Source of the DNA: the human T2T-CHM13v2.0 reference genome, Homo sapiens
DNA: 64,000 nt
Direction: 5' to 3' (one strand)
Assembly (NCBI RefSeq): GCF_009914755.1
Contig: NC_060927.1
Within the stretch, counting starts at the first letter, position 1. Every line of letters begins with the position of its first letter. The notes below the pieces were generated by a model. That model was not told the DNA's origin. It made no database searches and saw only the letters and a list, made by a program, of their open reading frames with translations. Made by a program: the position numbers and the translations under genes. Positions 1-14,439 of the stretch are shown here, piece after piece.

Positions 1-554
1 GGAATAGGAATGAATATTTGTTCCACAAAAGACCAGAGCTGACCCTGTGCTCAACTGTTCAAAGCCTCCTTGGCACCGCTTTGCTGCAACAGTGGCCTGA
101 GCAAGAGTGGGGCCAAGAGGATTTTATAAGCAATCTTGTGTATCTGATAGATTTTTTTATATTATAAAATTAAATACATACCTGATTGTAGTCATTATCA
201 ATATTTATTGATAATTATTCAAATAATTGATTATTGGAAGGATCCTCGTTATACTTTATAATCTACAGGTGATCTGAAATGTTTTAAAATATTTAATACA
301 TATACCCTTATTAAATCATTATATTATAAAGTAATAATTAACTGAATTAACCTAATAATATTTTACATTTAGAAGAGTATTAGTGAGTGGATTTTTTTTA
401 GTATCTGGGATAAGCTAATTGGTCATCTTGGCCATGGACCCTGTTTTCAACACATAAATCCTGATGGAATATTTAGAAAAAGTTTATATATGGCTTTCTA
501 GCAATTATTAACAATAACTGATAAAATATTAGCAGTTTTAGATGTGTATTCTTC

Positions 555-955
<401 letters not shown>

Positions 956-1364
956 TGAAGGGTAAAAACAAAGGCTGTGTAAAGACTTCCCTAGTACAAA
1001 GACTTGCTAGAGTGTTTTGGAAAGCTCTAATCTTTAGAAAAGATTATCTCTTACTAATGTGAAAAAGATAATTTATAGCATGAAATTAGATATAAACATG
1101 AGTTTAGAACTGTAGCTAAGTTTGTGCAATGTTCACAATTGTGATGTTGTCTTTATTAAACTTTTTCCACTGGATCTTTGTTATTAATAGTTCTTTTTGC
1201 TCTTTTTCTCACTCTATTTTCACTTTAGTCATTATGGTCCCTGTTAATTCTTTTGTTGTAACTCTTGGTTATTATTTTCATTCTTTATTTGATTTCCTTG
1301 TTTCATTAGTATTTGTTCAATATGTCTCAGATTCTTGCAATTCTGTCCTTACATTTCTTTTTTA

Positions 1365-1834
1365 TCTTTTTAATTTTTAAATTTTATTTTATTTTTATTT
1401 ATTACTATTTTTATATTTTTAAAAATGTTTGTGGGTACGTAATAGGTATATAAATTTATGGGGTACATGAGACATTTTGATACAGGCATGCAATGTGAAA
1501 TAAGCATGTCATGGAGAATGGGGTATCCATACCCTCAAGCATTTATCCTTTGAGTTACAAAGAACCCAATTACACACTTTAAGTAATTTTAAAATGTAGT
1601 TATTGTTGACTATAGTCACCTTATTGTGCTACCTAATAGTAGGTCTTAATCGTTCTTTCTGACTATTTTTTCTGTACCCATTAACCATCCCCACTCCACC
1701 CCACTAAGCTTCCCAGCCTCTGGTAACCATCCTTCTACTGCCTATGTTCATGAGTTCAATTGTTTTTGGCTTTTGGATCCCACAAATAAGTGAGAACCTA
1801 TGATGTTTGCCTTTCTGTGCCTAGCTTATCACTT
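1365..1834 (-). mobile_element. L1 3' end fragment (L1MA-type)
   Basis: T-rich tail, then GGGGTACATGAGACATTTTGATACAGGCATGCAATGTG ... CCCAGCCTCTGGTAACCATCCTTCTACT ... GATCCCACAAATAAGTGAGAAC, typical of an antisense L1MA 3' UTR. Confidence 0.88.
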
Positions 1835-2169
1835 CTTGGATTTCTTAAAATTTTGAAGATTTGATTCAGAAACAAATGGATGGATCTACATGTACCACAA
1901 ACAAAATATCATTTCTGTCATTAACCAGTGTTAACATTTCACAGTTAATATGTGTATTTTTATGTGGCCATTTGATATCATACATTCGTGGGCTTGCATA
2001 CTACTAGAGCAAACCTAGATACCAACGTAAGTTTTTATGAATTTTTACAGCAATTATTCACTGTGCACATTGGAAGTACAAGTCTAAAATAAGAAGAAAG
2101 AGAAATAATTGAATATAATTATGAAATGTGTACTGGGGGAAATATGAAAGATGGAATTCCAAATGTGCA

Positions 2170-2600
2170 ATTGTGAATTATTGAGGAGGAATAAATAAAT
2201 CAATAAATATGTTGAAAGACTAAAATATGAAAGTCAGTGGCTTGCAGAATAAAATACTTCATGATAAGAAGATTTTCAAAGATTACAAGGATAAGTTGTT
2301 GTTAACCTTTAACAAGAAGACACAATTGTTTTGAAAAATGTTTAGAATTAAGATTTAGACCTAAGATTAGAGTGGTTTGTGGGATGTTTCAGTGATACAA
2401 TATCCCTCTCAATATTACAAAACTTTTAAAGTTTGATATTTTTAAGTATAGAAATGTTTCCCATGGGATGTAAGGCAGTAAGAACATGCATGGTATTGAT
2501 GGGAACTTGACAGTTATGCTGTGACAAGTGGTAAACCTAGCGTATAGGTGGTTATGCCTGGAAACTTTTGAGGTCTTTCTTAATCCTGGGATTCCATGAC
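2170..2600 (+). mobile_element. Probable L3/CR1 (or MIR3) 3' relic
   Basis: Ends in TTTGAGGTCTTTCTTAATCCTGGGATTCCATGA, resembling the CR1/L3 terminal motif. The upstream part is very diverged. Confidence 0.4.
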
Positions 2601-2689
2601 ACGTACATTAGCAAAAACAGGATGCCACGACAGAGAGACCGCATAGTAGAAAAACATATAACAAAATGAAGAACATAGGAAAAATGTCA

Positions 2690-2927
2690 CAGGTGAAGGC
2701 ACATTTTCTGGTTCATCAGTGGTGTGTTGTACCTGAGTCTTCATATGGTGGAAGGGACAAAGCCTCTCTCTGGGGCTTCTTTTATAAGGGCACTACTGCC
2801 TTCCATGAGAGCTCTGACTTCATAACCTAATAAACTCCCACAGTCCTCATTTTCTAGAACCATCACACTGGGATTAGCTTTCAACATGTGAATATTTTGG
2901 GGACACTCAAATTTTCAGACTATAGCA
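2690..2927 (-). mobile_element. MaLR LTR fragment (MLT1A-like)
   Basis: CTTTTATAAGGGCACT ... CATCACACTGGGATTAGCTTTCAACATGTGAAT ... CAGACTATAGCA (antisense LTR start). Confidence 0.8.
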
Positions 2928-5489
2928 ACTGTGAATCTGAGTCTTACTCTGAATCATACTATTTCTAAAGAAAGATTTTTTTAAGTCTCCATATTCTATT
3001 GTTACTTGTCTATTTGGTGAGGAAACTGAAAGAAGGAAAATGAACAAGGCAGGACTCAGGAGGTCTTTCCTTCTGGCTCTAATGTAATAATGGTTGTGTT
3101 AATAAACATTACTAATCTCTAACTATTTTTTAAAATGCATTTAAAATACTGTTTAAGTCTTTTTGCAATCTCTTCAATTTTTGATATAGCCACCCAACAG
3201 CATAGAATTGAAAATTTTCATTATAATCCTGATTTAATATCTGAAAAAACATTTAAAGTATACTATTTATATTAGAGCAAAAATCATTCTGATAACTCTG
3301 TTTAATGTAAAGAAGCCAAATAAATTGCGCACTTATATAACCTGTCTTATTAAAAATAAATAACTATGAAGAGTGATTAGAGAAAGAATGTTCAATGCAT
3401 TCATTATTGTTACACACATTACCATATCCTTTCTTTTTCTCTCTCAAACTTGTGACCCCGATCACCAAGAAACATCTAATAGACATAATACTAATTTCAA
3501 GTGATTTGTTGAGATAATCGATCAATTAATTAATATATACCTATGAAAGTGAATACACTAGGCATGTTATCTAGATAGACTTCACAGTCTACTTAAACAG
3601 AAGCATTGTATAACCCTGTGCTTTCCCAACTTTAACTTTCATGTCAATTACCTATAGATCTTGTTAAAATGCACCTCATGTTAAGCATTTTTAAGATTGT
3701 TCCATGCTTCCTGGTCTTGTCTTCCAAATTCATTGATACTTCATATTTTCAGCCTCATCTCCTGTTGTTTACTCATTACAATGTTATAGTAAATTGTCCA
3801 TTTTTTCTTACATTAGACTTGTTATTACATAGCAGCATCAAAAGCTTTTCACCTATTCCCTTTAATCTCAGGGTTTCAGTGAGAGCCAGCCCTCTGTGTA
3901 AAGCTTTTGTCTTTTGCCCTGACATTTAAAGTCCTCCGTACATTTCACAAATTCTTTCATGGTGACTTTTTTCAGACTGTGTGCTCTTGATTCCACCTGA
4001 AACCATGCATTCTTTTGTATGTTTCAAAAACCAGAGTAAGACATTATGCCACATTTTTTTCTGCAATGATAACTATATGTTACTCATTTTCTTTGATTAA
4101 TATATTTGAAGTTTAATATTATTATTCAGTTTCTTAGCCAAATAACTCTGCACTCTACTTTTTGTTTATTTTCATTTATAAACTCTAACAGTTTGATGCA
4201 GCCCTGACTGAAATGAACACAATGATATACTTCTTTTATTGCAAAATTATTCTCTAAAAAAACTTAAATTATTTATCAAATCAATAGTCAGATAATAACT
4301 AAGTTGGCCTTTTATGAGTTTTAATAAATAAAACTATTTAAATATATGCTCACTGAAAAAAAAATCAGTGCTCTAAAATCATAAAAATATGTTACCCTGG
4401 ATTTTAAAATAGCACCGACAAATATAGTAATTAAATCAGTTTTCTAATTAGAAATGTTCACAGTGGCAAGTTTTACTTTGAATTTAATTATTTACACTAT
4501 CACAACAAACATACTAACAAGCCAAAAATAAGTGAAAAAAGCAAACCTACAAACAGGAAAGTAATAAATCTCCCATATACTATGAGAACTATCGGTATTA
4601 AAAAATTGTATCTTCAAACAAAATTTGTCATTTTCAGTGCGGATGCTTTTAGACGAAAATTAGCTGGCATATTAAAATAGTGATGAGCTCACAGTCTTTT
4701 TTAAAATTAAATGTCAATTTAGTAATAAGTGAGCCTTCCAAAAATATTCTAGATATATGGGAGGGGAGAAATATAAATATACATGTTAGGACGGCTACAC
4801 CATTAAGAGGAAAATTGCTCCTTTCTAGTCTTTGAGTTACTTAAGATTAAATTGTTGGCTCAGTGTCTACGATCATCCCAGTGGCTGCACGCCAGATTAG
4901 CAATATTGCAAACCTGAGTCTATCAGCTCGAGGTAGTGTTGCTGGCGTGAGCCTTTGCAGCACTTAATTTAATTAGATGAGGCTTCCATTGTTGAAACTG
5001 CTGAACCCAGTATTTTTGACTGAGCCAAGGAAGAATCTAATTTATTAGACCTTTGAAACTGCACTGTAGAATTGTTATTGTGGTGTCTCACAGCAACTGC
5101 AATGTTTTGAGTATAAATTCTGAATCCCAAGGAAAGCAGTATTTCAGGGATCTATCCTATGTTTATTGCTGATGCACTAGGCATTTTTCTTTGGAGCTAT
5201 GCATCCTATTATGATCTTGGTTATTGTTGGCCTGCAAGTTCAAATACAGTTTTCCATTATTATTCCATGAAGAAATTTGGTGCTGTGATGGGAGTAGTGA
5301 GTGGGATAAAGGAGAGCTATATTTTGTTTCACCTTTGTTTTATTGTGTGATATTGAAATTTCCATTTTATTCCAACATGCTTATATACAAGAAAAACGAC
5401 AAACATTTCTCTAGAAGCAGGAGACATTATAAAGCTTATAAAATAAATTCTAAAAGGAGCTTTGAAATATTTAGGAGAAAGGAAATTAA

Positions 5490-6190
5490 TTTTTATTGAG
5501 CAACTGCTTCATGCTTGGTAAAAAATGGCAAACATAAAAACAAAATAAGCAACAGCAAAATCTCTTGGTCTTGGCCTCAAAAGAGATTGTATTTTAATGG
5601 AAGAACTAAACATGATCAATATATTTTCTAAGTACGTATCTGATTTATAAATACAACTAAATAATTTGTAGACTATATTCAACTTGAATAAATGAAGGGA
5701 TATTTAGATTTTATTCTATATGCAAAAGAGGTATTAAATTACATAACCTTTTAAGGAAGACATTTGTATTTTTGACTCTTTCTTTAGAAGCAATTGATGG
5801 TATTTGTTTTGGACATAAATTATCTCAGTACAAGGCAGTGGACATATATGTTAAAGGTATGAGATTTGGGTATGAATTTTTATAACATCACTCAGAAATC
5901 ACATTTCCATTTACTGAGAAAATATTAATCAATTGTATCATTCACGATTTAAGCATTGCCCTAGTTCTTGAGCATACTGCAAAATAAGATATCTATGGTC
6001 TCTGTTCTAAGTTTTTAATAGAATTATAATGTACCAGGACATTGGCATATACAGAAAAAAGTATCAAGTGTTATATTATAAAGGATATTATGGTTCATGG
6101 GAGGAGACAATAGAAGGATCTAACCTTGGCCGATGGTCCAAACTACGGTTCCCTAAGGAAATTATATTCAAGCCTTTAACTGATAGGTAG
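5490..6190 (-). mobile_element. L2 3' end relics
   Basis: TTTATTGAGCAACTGC ... GGCCTCAAAAGAG and a second TCATTCA ... GGTCTCTGTTCT segment resemble antisense L2 tails. Confidence 0.4.
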
Positions 6191-6774
6191 ATACTGCGTT
6201 ATTATGCCTTTATAGTCTTATTGACACATACATAGCTTTCTGTTTTACTAGCTGAAATAGCTCTGTTCTTTATAAGGGAACTACAGAGTATGTATAAAGA
6301 AAAATAAATGTGTTTCTTTCTTTATAGTATTTTTTAGTCTTTATAGTCTTTTTTCACTGTAGGACTGAATGTCTCTACAGATTCAAATAATTTAGGTTAT
6401 TTTTCGAGGAAAAATAGAAAGGAAAGTGAAGTTTTTCATTAAAAACATATTTGCATAGGCTTTTATTATGGGATAAAGTAGTTAAAATATTTAGGTGCCT
6501 TAAAAGATAACATTCAAAGTAAGTTGTCACTGAGAAAATATGTACTACTCTAAAAGAAGAAATTATTTTTATTACTAATTTTATTATTTTCATAATTATT
6601 ATTTTAATGAGTGATCACCTTTGTAACTTTTTATTCATCTGAAAAATAATAAAGGCCTTTGTTTTTAGCACAATGGGATTCTTTGTTATGAAGTGGCTAC
6701 CAGGTGGGAAGATGGCTGGTCCACGGTAGGGATAGAGGAAGGATGTTGAGAAAAATCATGGAGGAACTTCAAAA

Positions 6775-6934
6775 CCAGTGCCTTTGAACTTCTGTATGCA
6801 TCCAAGTCATCTTGGGATCTTGATAGTATATCGGTGATGACCATAATACTAGGGTCATTAAGGTGATGCCTGAGAATCTTTAGCTCTTAGGTGATTGCAT
6901 TTTCTTATCTATACACCATACTTTGAGTAGCACA
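6775..6934. mobile_element. MER5-type hAT-Charlie MITE
   Basis: CAGTGCCTTTGAACTTCTGTATGCATCCAAGTCATCTTGGG ... CCATACTTTGAGTAGCACAG match the MER5 terminal segments. Confidence 0.6.
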
Positions 6935-7064
6935 GTTTCAGGCTGAGAATTTTAAACTGTATTGGTATAACAATGGGAAGGTATCAAGGAATTCTAAGCA
7001 GGATAGTGACAGATGTGATTTTTATTTTTATAAGATTGCTCTGTGAAAAAATGCAGAGTAACCT

Positions 7065-7537
7065 TATATTTATATTGTTCAGTCAAAGAAGATAGTATGA
7101 AAAGGCTACATGCTATCTGACTGTAACTACATGACATTTTAAAAAGGATAAAACTGGGAAGAGAGTAAAAGGACCCATGGTTTCCAGGGATTAGGAGAAA
7201 GGAATAGAGGGAGGAAGACATGGAAGGGAGAATTTTAGAGCAATTGAAACTATTTTGTATGATACTGTAATGGTGGAATTATGTTATACTTTTTCAAAAC
7301 CAAGCAGATGTATAACACAGAGTGAACTCTAATGTAAACTATAAACTTTAATTAATAATAATGTGTCAATATTGGCTCATCAGCTACAACAAATGTATCA
7401 TGCTAATGTAAGATATTAATAATATAGAAAACTGTAGTGACTGAGAGTGGGTTATGCAGGGAATCTACTTTCTGTTCAATTATTCTGTAAACCTAAAACG
7501 ACTCTAGGGAAGAAAGTCCAGTATTAAAGAGAAAAAG
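7065..7537 (+). mobile_element. L1 3' end (L1MC-type)
   Basis: GAAACTATTTTGTATGATACTGTAATGGTGG ... GAGTGAACTCTAATGTAAACTATA ... TTCTGTAAACCTAAAAC followed by an A-rich end. Confidence 0.85.
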
Positions 7538-10313
7538 ATCACTCTTACAGCAGCGTAACAAAAAAGATAGGAATAAAAAAAAATGCAGTGCAGAAACTAT
7601 TTTACCTTGTAATTATTTTTCAACATCAAATCAGTACTGCATAATAATATTGAGTCCATTATCATGAATCTGTGGTTCATGACACAAAAGTTGTGTTCCC
7701 TTGATTGCTACATTAGTAAAAATAAAAAAGAGAAATATACAAAATAAGCACGTGAATCAAGTGGTACAATTAAAGTAACAACAACAAACTTTACCAGACC
7801 CATGAATATAGAACTGTTTTTTTCATTCTATGTATTATGCCTTAGTATGTGGTTCATGCTACTTAGGTGGAAGGTAGCAATGGTACGAAACACTAGGATG
7901 AGAATAATAAGGGAGAAAAATATGCGAATTCATGGTATATTTACACAGTAGAATTTACAGGACTTGATGAGTCACAGAATATGAGGAGCAAAGAGAATGC
8001 AACATCTAAATTTACTCACAAGCACCTGGCCAAAGAACTGAGCAGACGTTGGTGCTTTTTACTGGCACAGAGATTAGGAGAGAATATTTTATTAGGAGGA
8101 TAATAATGGAAACAGCAGATCGTGGAATATGTGCTGGCTTAAGAGAGAAACAAAGTATAGTAATTGGTGATGAAATATGTATAAATAATAAGTAAGAAAA
8201 TAAATCAAGCTATAATTTCTGATACAGTCAAAGTAAAATTGTTTTGGGGTAGCCGTGACAAGAGGATTACCTTGTTCTACTGAAGATTATTTAAATTATT
8301 AATTTCAGAAATGACTGCATCTTGGCTTCTGTAAGTTCAAATTTATAAACATGCATCTTTTTATTGGAAAATGGCAGAGAAAGTAGTCAAAGGAAGAGGT
8401 TATCAGAGAACTGAAATGTCCACATTTTGGATGAGTAATCTGTGAGGATAATGGAATCATACTGAGAAACAAAAGGAACAATCATGAAAATTAAGAGTGT
8501 ATGTCAGGCACTAATATCTTAAATAAATGAGGGGATATATTTAGGAGCTCAGAAGTGGACTGTAATAGAAAGGAAACAGTCATGTATTTGACTTTTATGA
8601 CTCTTGAAAAAGTGGGATTTAAAGAAAAGCATTAGTTTTTCTTTATTCGGAAACTGACGTTCAAGAACAACGAAGATAACAATCACATTTCTAACCCTGG
8701 TAGGCATGGGGTGAGCGAATAAGGAAAATCACCACTAAAGAAGATTTCATGTATATATGGGAGGTTGTTGACTATGACTAAGAGTTCCAGAGTGCTCAGT
8801 CTAAGGAGTTGGGATACAAGGAGAGAAAGAGGTTTTAATTAGCGGAGAAAAAGAACAAAGAGGTTAAATGTAAAATAAATATCCTTCTACTTTGGACAGA
8901 TGCAGGAAAGAGGAATCTACTTTTGTCAGAAAGGTACAGGAAAATAACAGGGTAGAGGCACAGAAAATTTTACATCCACAAACTCCAGGAAGATACAGAT
9001 TCTCTGGCTGCCTTGTAATGGATTCCCTATAGTTGTACTATGAGTTTGAATGTACCTTTCAGTTCCTACGGTGTTGAAAGTTTTGAGTAATGCATGAGTG
9101 ATTCATAAGAAGCTAGCAAGTATCTATCTATGATCGTGCATGTGAAGAAGTGGAGCTGCAGGTGAGAAAGGTCCAGAAAGATAGTTTCCCAATAGCATCT
9201 TGACAATGATTTCAATAGGACAGCCCGTTTGAATGTTGTGCACACCAGGTCTGAACTCCAAATAGTCTTGAATGGATGAAATGAAACAGATCAGCACATT
9301 TTTGTGGATTTATATTTTTATGAATGAACTGTAACTTCTAAATGCACAATAAATAAAAATATAATTTGAGATAGTCAGAATTTTCAATTATAATGTGTTA
9401 AATGTAATCAGCATTTAATAGTTTCAAAGTGCAGAGTTAACTAGAAAAAAATTTCTCTTTACCTATATTATCATAACTTTTATTTGGAAATTGATCTTTA
9501 GAAAATTTAACTGTAAAGAAACATATTTCTATTCATTTAAGATGACCCTTGAGAATTGCATTAAAAGTTTTTTTCCTTTATGTGGAGTAGTGATTCAGAA
9601 TATTTTTAGAGCATTGAGAGTGCTTTTTAGCAATTCTCCTCATGGTGAGCCATAGGTCATTTAAAATTTATGCTACTCGCTCAACAGGAAAGTTACCAGG
9701 ATCCTGGGCTGTATGAAAATTGATAACATTCATTGATCAATGATGTATGAACTGAATCTACAACTTGTTTATTTGGCTTCACCTGCACTTCCTTGACATT
9801 TTGATTCATATTCTTGGCAATACTTGTATGAAGTCACATGCATGCTGGAAAATAATCAAATCATTTTGATACTCTAATGATATACAATTTGTGCAGTAGC
9901 CACTGCCTCTAACTCTTATCCAGGAATCCAAGTCATTGGGATAATTTTAAATGGAACATGTATGTTAAAATCCCATGAGGATTTTCTTGGGATTTGCTGT
10001 TTTTGTAATACAGCTACTACAAATTCCAAAGAAGGATATAGCTTGATATCTATTTTCTAGGTCCAGAGAATTTTGCCATAAATATAAAATCGTATAATAT
10101 TCCAATGAATTTTTTTTAAAAAGGTCAAATGTGTAAGAAGCTGTTAAGATTATTGTATTTGAAAAAACTGGAAAATCCACTGGGCTTGATTTGCTATGGT
10201 CTGTTAGGTGGTTATCCTTTGTCATCATCTGCTTGCAAAGGCTTCACTGATTTCTGGACAGTTTTTTCTTTTATTGCATGTCCTTTTAAAGTAGACTCCT
10301 AGTTTATTTCTGA

Positions 10314-10776
<463 letters not shown>

Positions 10777-11059
10777 TCAAATTTTCTTTTGCTACCTAAT
10801 TCCCCCACAGAATGAATATCCTACCCCTAAATCTTGATCGGTTCAAACACTGGAATTTAAATATGCTATCTCTATTCTGCCTTGTGTCCTATAATCTCCA
10901 ACTGATAAAATTCTGCTGCTTATACTCTGCTGCTGGAAAGTTGGACTCTAGAACAAAACTAACCGAATTGGAACTACTGACTATCTATATTAACTTGGAT
11001 TATTTACTTAATTATCCCACTTGTGTCTACATTTTTTTTTCTATAACATAGACAATGAT

Positions 11060-11160
11060 TACAAAATGCCTACCATATAGGGTTGTTCTGAATATTAGAG
11101 AAGTTAATACTCATTAGTGGTTAAACAGTGCCTGGCACTCCACAAGTATTTACAAAATGA
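11060..11160 (+). mobile_element. MIR fragment
   Basis: CCTACCATATAGGGTTGTTCTGAATATTA ... ACAGTGCCTGGCAC (MIR core). Confidence 0.65.
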
Positions 11161-11419
11161 AATGTCTATGTAAATACACACTTATTTTCATTCATTTATT
11201 ATAGTTTTTATCTTTTGCTAATGATATTTACAATCAGCCCAACACTTTTATCTATTACAAGCCCTCCATAACTTTTTTCCTTATCTAGAATTTACCTTAG
11301 GTTTCACAATTATAAATTATTTTTACATACTTTCCTGCAATACCTTACAGGCTTTGTCTGTGTCTGTTTTCAAATTGCTAGTGGCTTGCATGACTTACTC
11401 ACTAAAGATTTTTCATGCA

Positions 11420-11520
11420 TAAAATATCTCTCTCATGAAGTTGTTTCAAGGACAAAATAGATAATATATGGTAAACACATGCCAGAGTGCTGAGCACTCA
11501 GTAATGCTCAATAATTCTTG
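11420..11520 (+). mobile_element. MIR fragment
   Basis: CTCATGAAGTTGTTTCAAGGAC ... ATAATATATGGTAAACAC ... CAGTAATGCTCAATAA. Confidence 0.55.
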
Positions 11521-12904
11521 GCTCGCCACCCCATCTGCTATTCCTATTTTGAATGAAAAGTCTCAACTTGTCCTATTGCAGAACAAGGCTTGTTTATGAC
11601 ATGTAGGTAATGGTGATTTACAGCCAATAAACTTTGGGGCAACAGCTTGAAAGGCAATCTCTTCCCTTAGAAGTGATAAGCATATTTAATTTTAGCTTTC
11701 CACTATCTTAGGGGTTAGTTAAACACCAGGCAACACTCAGTAAATGTGACCATTAACTACACTTGCTGGAAAAATAGAATAATTGAGACTGGAAACCACA
11801 AAGTAACTGAACAAACTACATAATTAAAAACATAAACAGGTCTAATTCATAAAATAATTGCAGCAATATTAGGTAACAACTATTATACAACTAGTCTCTT
11901 TAACTAGTAAATTAAATTTTTGATGATCTCTGTATGCACAAAATATGTATAAGAAAATATATAGGTATTATAAAGTATAAATTTTTAATTCCTGACAGAA
12001 ATCTATCAGCCATAATTTCTGGATTTTAGGGTATTTTAGATAATGACATAATGTTTGAGAAAGATTTACTGTAATTTTTTTCAGATTCTGATTGTGAATT
12101 ATGTATTACCTGCCACATACTCAGAATAGAGTCTGAGAGAGACTTCACTGATACATTGTTTATTTAATGACTATAAATTATAAAACTATCCTAGTGATAG
12201 TTCGGAAAATCGCAACATAATATAAAAGAAGGAACAAAATTTCAGTGAAAAAAAATGCCTCGGCTGATAATTGCTTAAAAATACAGTATCAAATACTTTT
12301 AAGGTAGCTATGTAAATTTGTAGATATAATACATTTTGTGATCAGATCTGAAACACTGTTTAACATCTTTATCTATATCAAATGAATGACAGTTAGAAAA
12401 CACCATTTATGACATGTATCATCACCTAAAATTATCCATATAAAATCTTAGCAACAATAAGCAAAACCCATGTACTGTTACTTTCCTCCTAATGCATTAA
12501 TTGATCTTCATGGGTTACACATTTACTAATATATACTGAATGCATTTATGTACTCATTTCATCAACACTTGTTGAACAACTTACTACATGCCTTTAATTG
12601 CCTCTGTTTATATACTATATGCTATTTGCCTTGCAAGGGTTAAATAATGTTGTTTTATATAAAGAAATAGATACTTTACCTGCAATATGGCTAAAATGAG
12701 ATGCAGAATTACAAGATGATATTTTTGATGGGTATTGTCTCACATAAACTAATCCTTAAGGCAATGAAAATAGAAATGGAATATATATGAGATATATATA
12801 GATTTATAAACTATATGTATATTTGAGATTCTATTAATTATATATAGAGAGACTTAAAATAGTATTGGGCTATGGGGTAAGTATTAATTAGAAACACAGT
12901 GTTT

Positions 12905-13236
12905 TTAAAAATATAAAACAGAAATTTATCCTCACAGTTCTGGAGGCTGGCAAGTCCAAAATCAAGGTACCAGCACCTAGTGACGGCTCTCTTGCTGTGT
13001 CCTCACTTGACTGAAGACAAAAGGGCAAGACAGAAACTCTGTGCACCCACATGGCAGTAGAGCTGAAGAGGGTGAACTCACACCTCAAAGCCATTTTTAC
13101 ACTGCCTTGAATCTATTCATTAGATTTTCGCCCTCATGACTGAAACATCTCCCATTAGGCCACACCTCTCAACACTGTTGCATTCAGGATTAAGTTTTCA
13201 ACACATGAATTTAGGAGTTTACATTCAGACTATTAT
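12905..13236 (-). mobile_element. MaLR LTR (MSTD/MLT1A-like)
   Basis: CAGAAATTTATCCTCACAGTTCTGGAGGCTGGCAAGTCCAAAATCAAGG ... CCCATTAGGCCACACCTC ... CAACACATGAATTT. Confidence 0.85.
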
Positions 13237-13274
13237 AGTTGTTATCACATAGTTGCTTTATGTGTTGCAGCAGT

Positions 13275-13537
13275 GTCCTGGTCCTGTACCCATTGCCTGT
13301 ACCCTTACTGTATCTAGGAAGTAACTAACTTACCTTTGATTTTTCAGGCTCATAGGTGGAAGGGACTTGCCTCGTCTTATATGGTACTTTGGATTTGGAC
13401 TTTGGGGTTAGTGTTGAAATGAGTTAAGACTTTGGGGGTCTGTTGGAAAGGCATGATTGGTTTTGAAATGTGAGGACATAAGATTTGGGAATGGCCAGGG
13501 TGGAATGATATGTTTTGGATGTGCCTCCACCCAAATC
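13275..13537 (+). mobile_element. THE1/MST internal 3' end plus the first ~32 bp of the 3' LTR
   Basis: GGCTCATAGGTGGAAGGGACTTGCC ... GAAATGTGAGGACATAAGATTTGGG, then a polypurine tract, then the LTR start TGATATGTTTTGGATGTGCCTCCACCCAAATC at 13506. Confidence 0.85.
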
Positions 13538-14435
13538 CATCATTTCTTTGTATACTTATTGATTGATGGGCATTTGGACTCATTCCATCTTTTTGCAACT
13601 GCAAATGGTGCTGCTATAAACCTGTGTGTAAGTATCTTTTTTCGTATGACTTCTTTTCCTCTGGGTAGATACCCAGTAGTGGGACTGCTGGATCAAATGG
13701 TAGTTCCACTTTTAGTTCTTTAAGTAATCCCCAGATTGTTTTCCATGGTGGTTGTGCTAGTTTACATTCCTACCAACACTGTAAAAGTGTTGCCTTTTCA
13801 CCACATCCTTGCCAACACCTATTACTTTTTGAATTTTTGTTATGACCATTCTTGCAGGACTGAGATGGTATCACATTACAGTTTTGACTTGCATTCCCCT
13901 GATCATTAGTGATGTTAAGCATTTTTTCACTTGTTTGTTGGCCTTTTGTATACCTTCTTTTGAGTTGTGTATTCATGTCCTTGGCCCACTTTTTGATGGG
14001 ATTTTTTGTTTTGTTCTTGCTGATTTGTTGGAGATTCTTTTAGATTTGGGATATTAGTCCTTTGTCAGATGTATAGATTGCAGATTTTTTCACATTCTGT
14101 GGGTTGTCTGTTTACTCTGCTGCTTACTTCTTTTACTGTGCAGAAGCTTTTTAGTTTAAGTCCTACGTATTCATCTTTTTTTTTTTCTTGTTGTGTTTGC
14201 TTTTGGGTTCTTGGTCATAAAGTCTTTGCCTAAGCCCATGTCTAGAAGGATTTTCCAGTGCTATCTTCTAGAACTTTTGTGGTTTCAGGTCTTAGGTTTA
14301 AGTGTTAGATCCATCTTGAGTTGATTTTTGTATAAGGTGAAAGAGGAAGAACCAGCTTCATCCTTCTACATGTGGCTTGCCAATTATCCCAGCACGATTT
14401 GTTAAATGGGGTGTCTTTTTCACACTTTGTGTTTT
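13538..14435 (-). mobile_element. L1PB-type ORF2 3' fragment lacking its 3' UTR and tail
   Basis: GGGTAGATACCCAGTAGTGGGACTGCTGGATCAAATGGTAG .... ORF 14305..14547 ends in the L1 ORF2-like [12 protein letters not shown]. Confidence 0.92.
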
Positions 14436-14439
14436 CTGC

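Noticed and set aside
9680-9760. Possible exon after CTCAACAG
   Set aside because: The reading frames close quickly and there is no good polypyrimidine tract or donor site. GGATCCTGGGCTGTAT looks more like a CR1/L3 relic.
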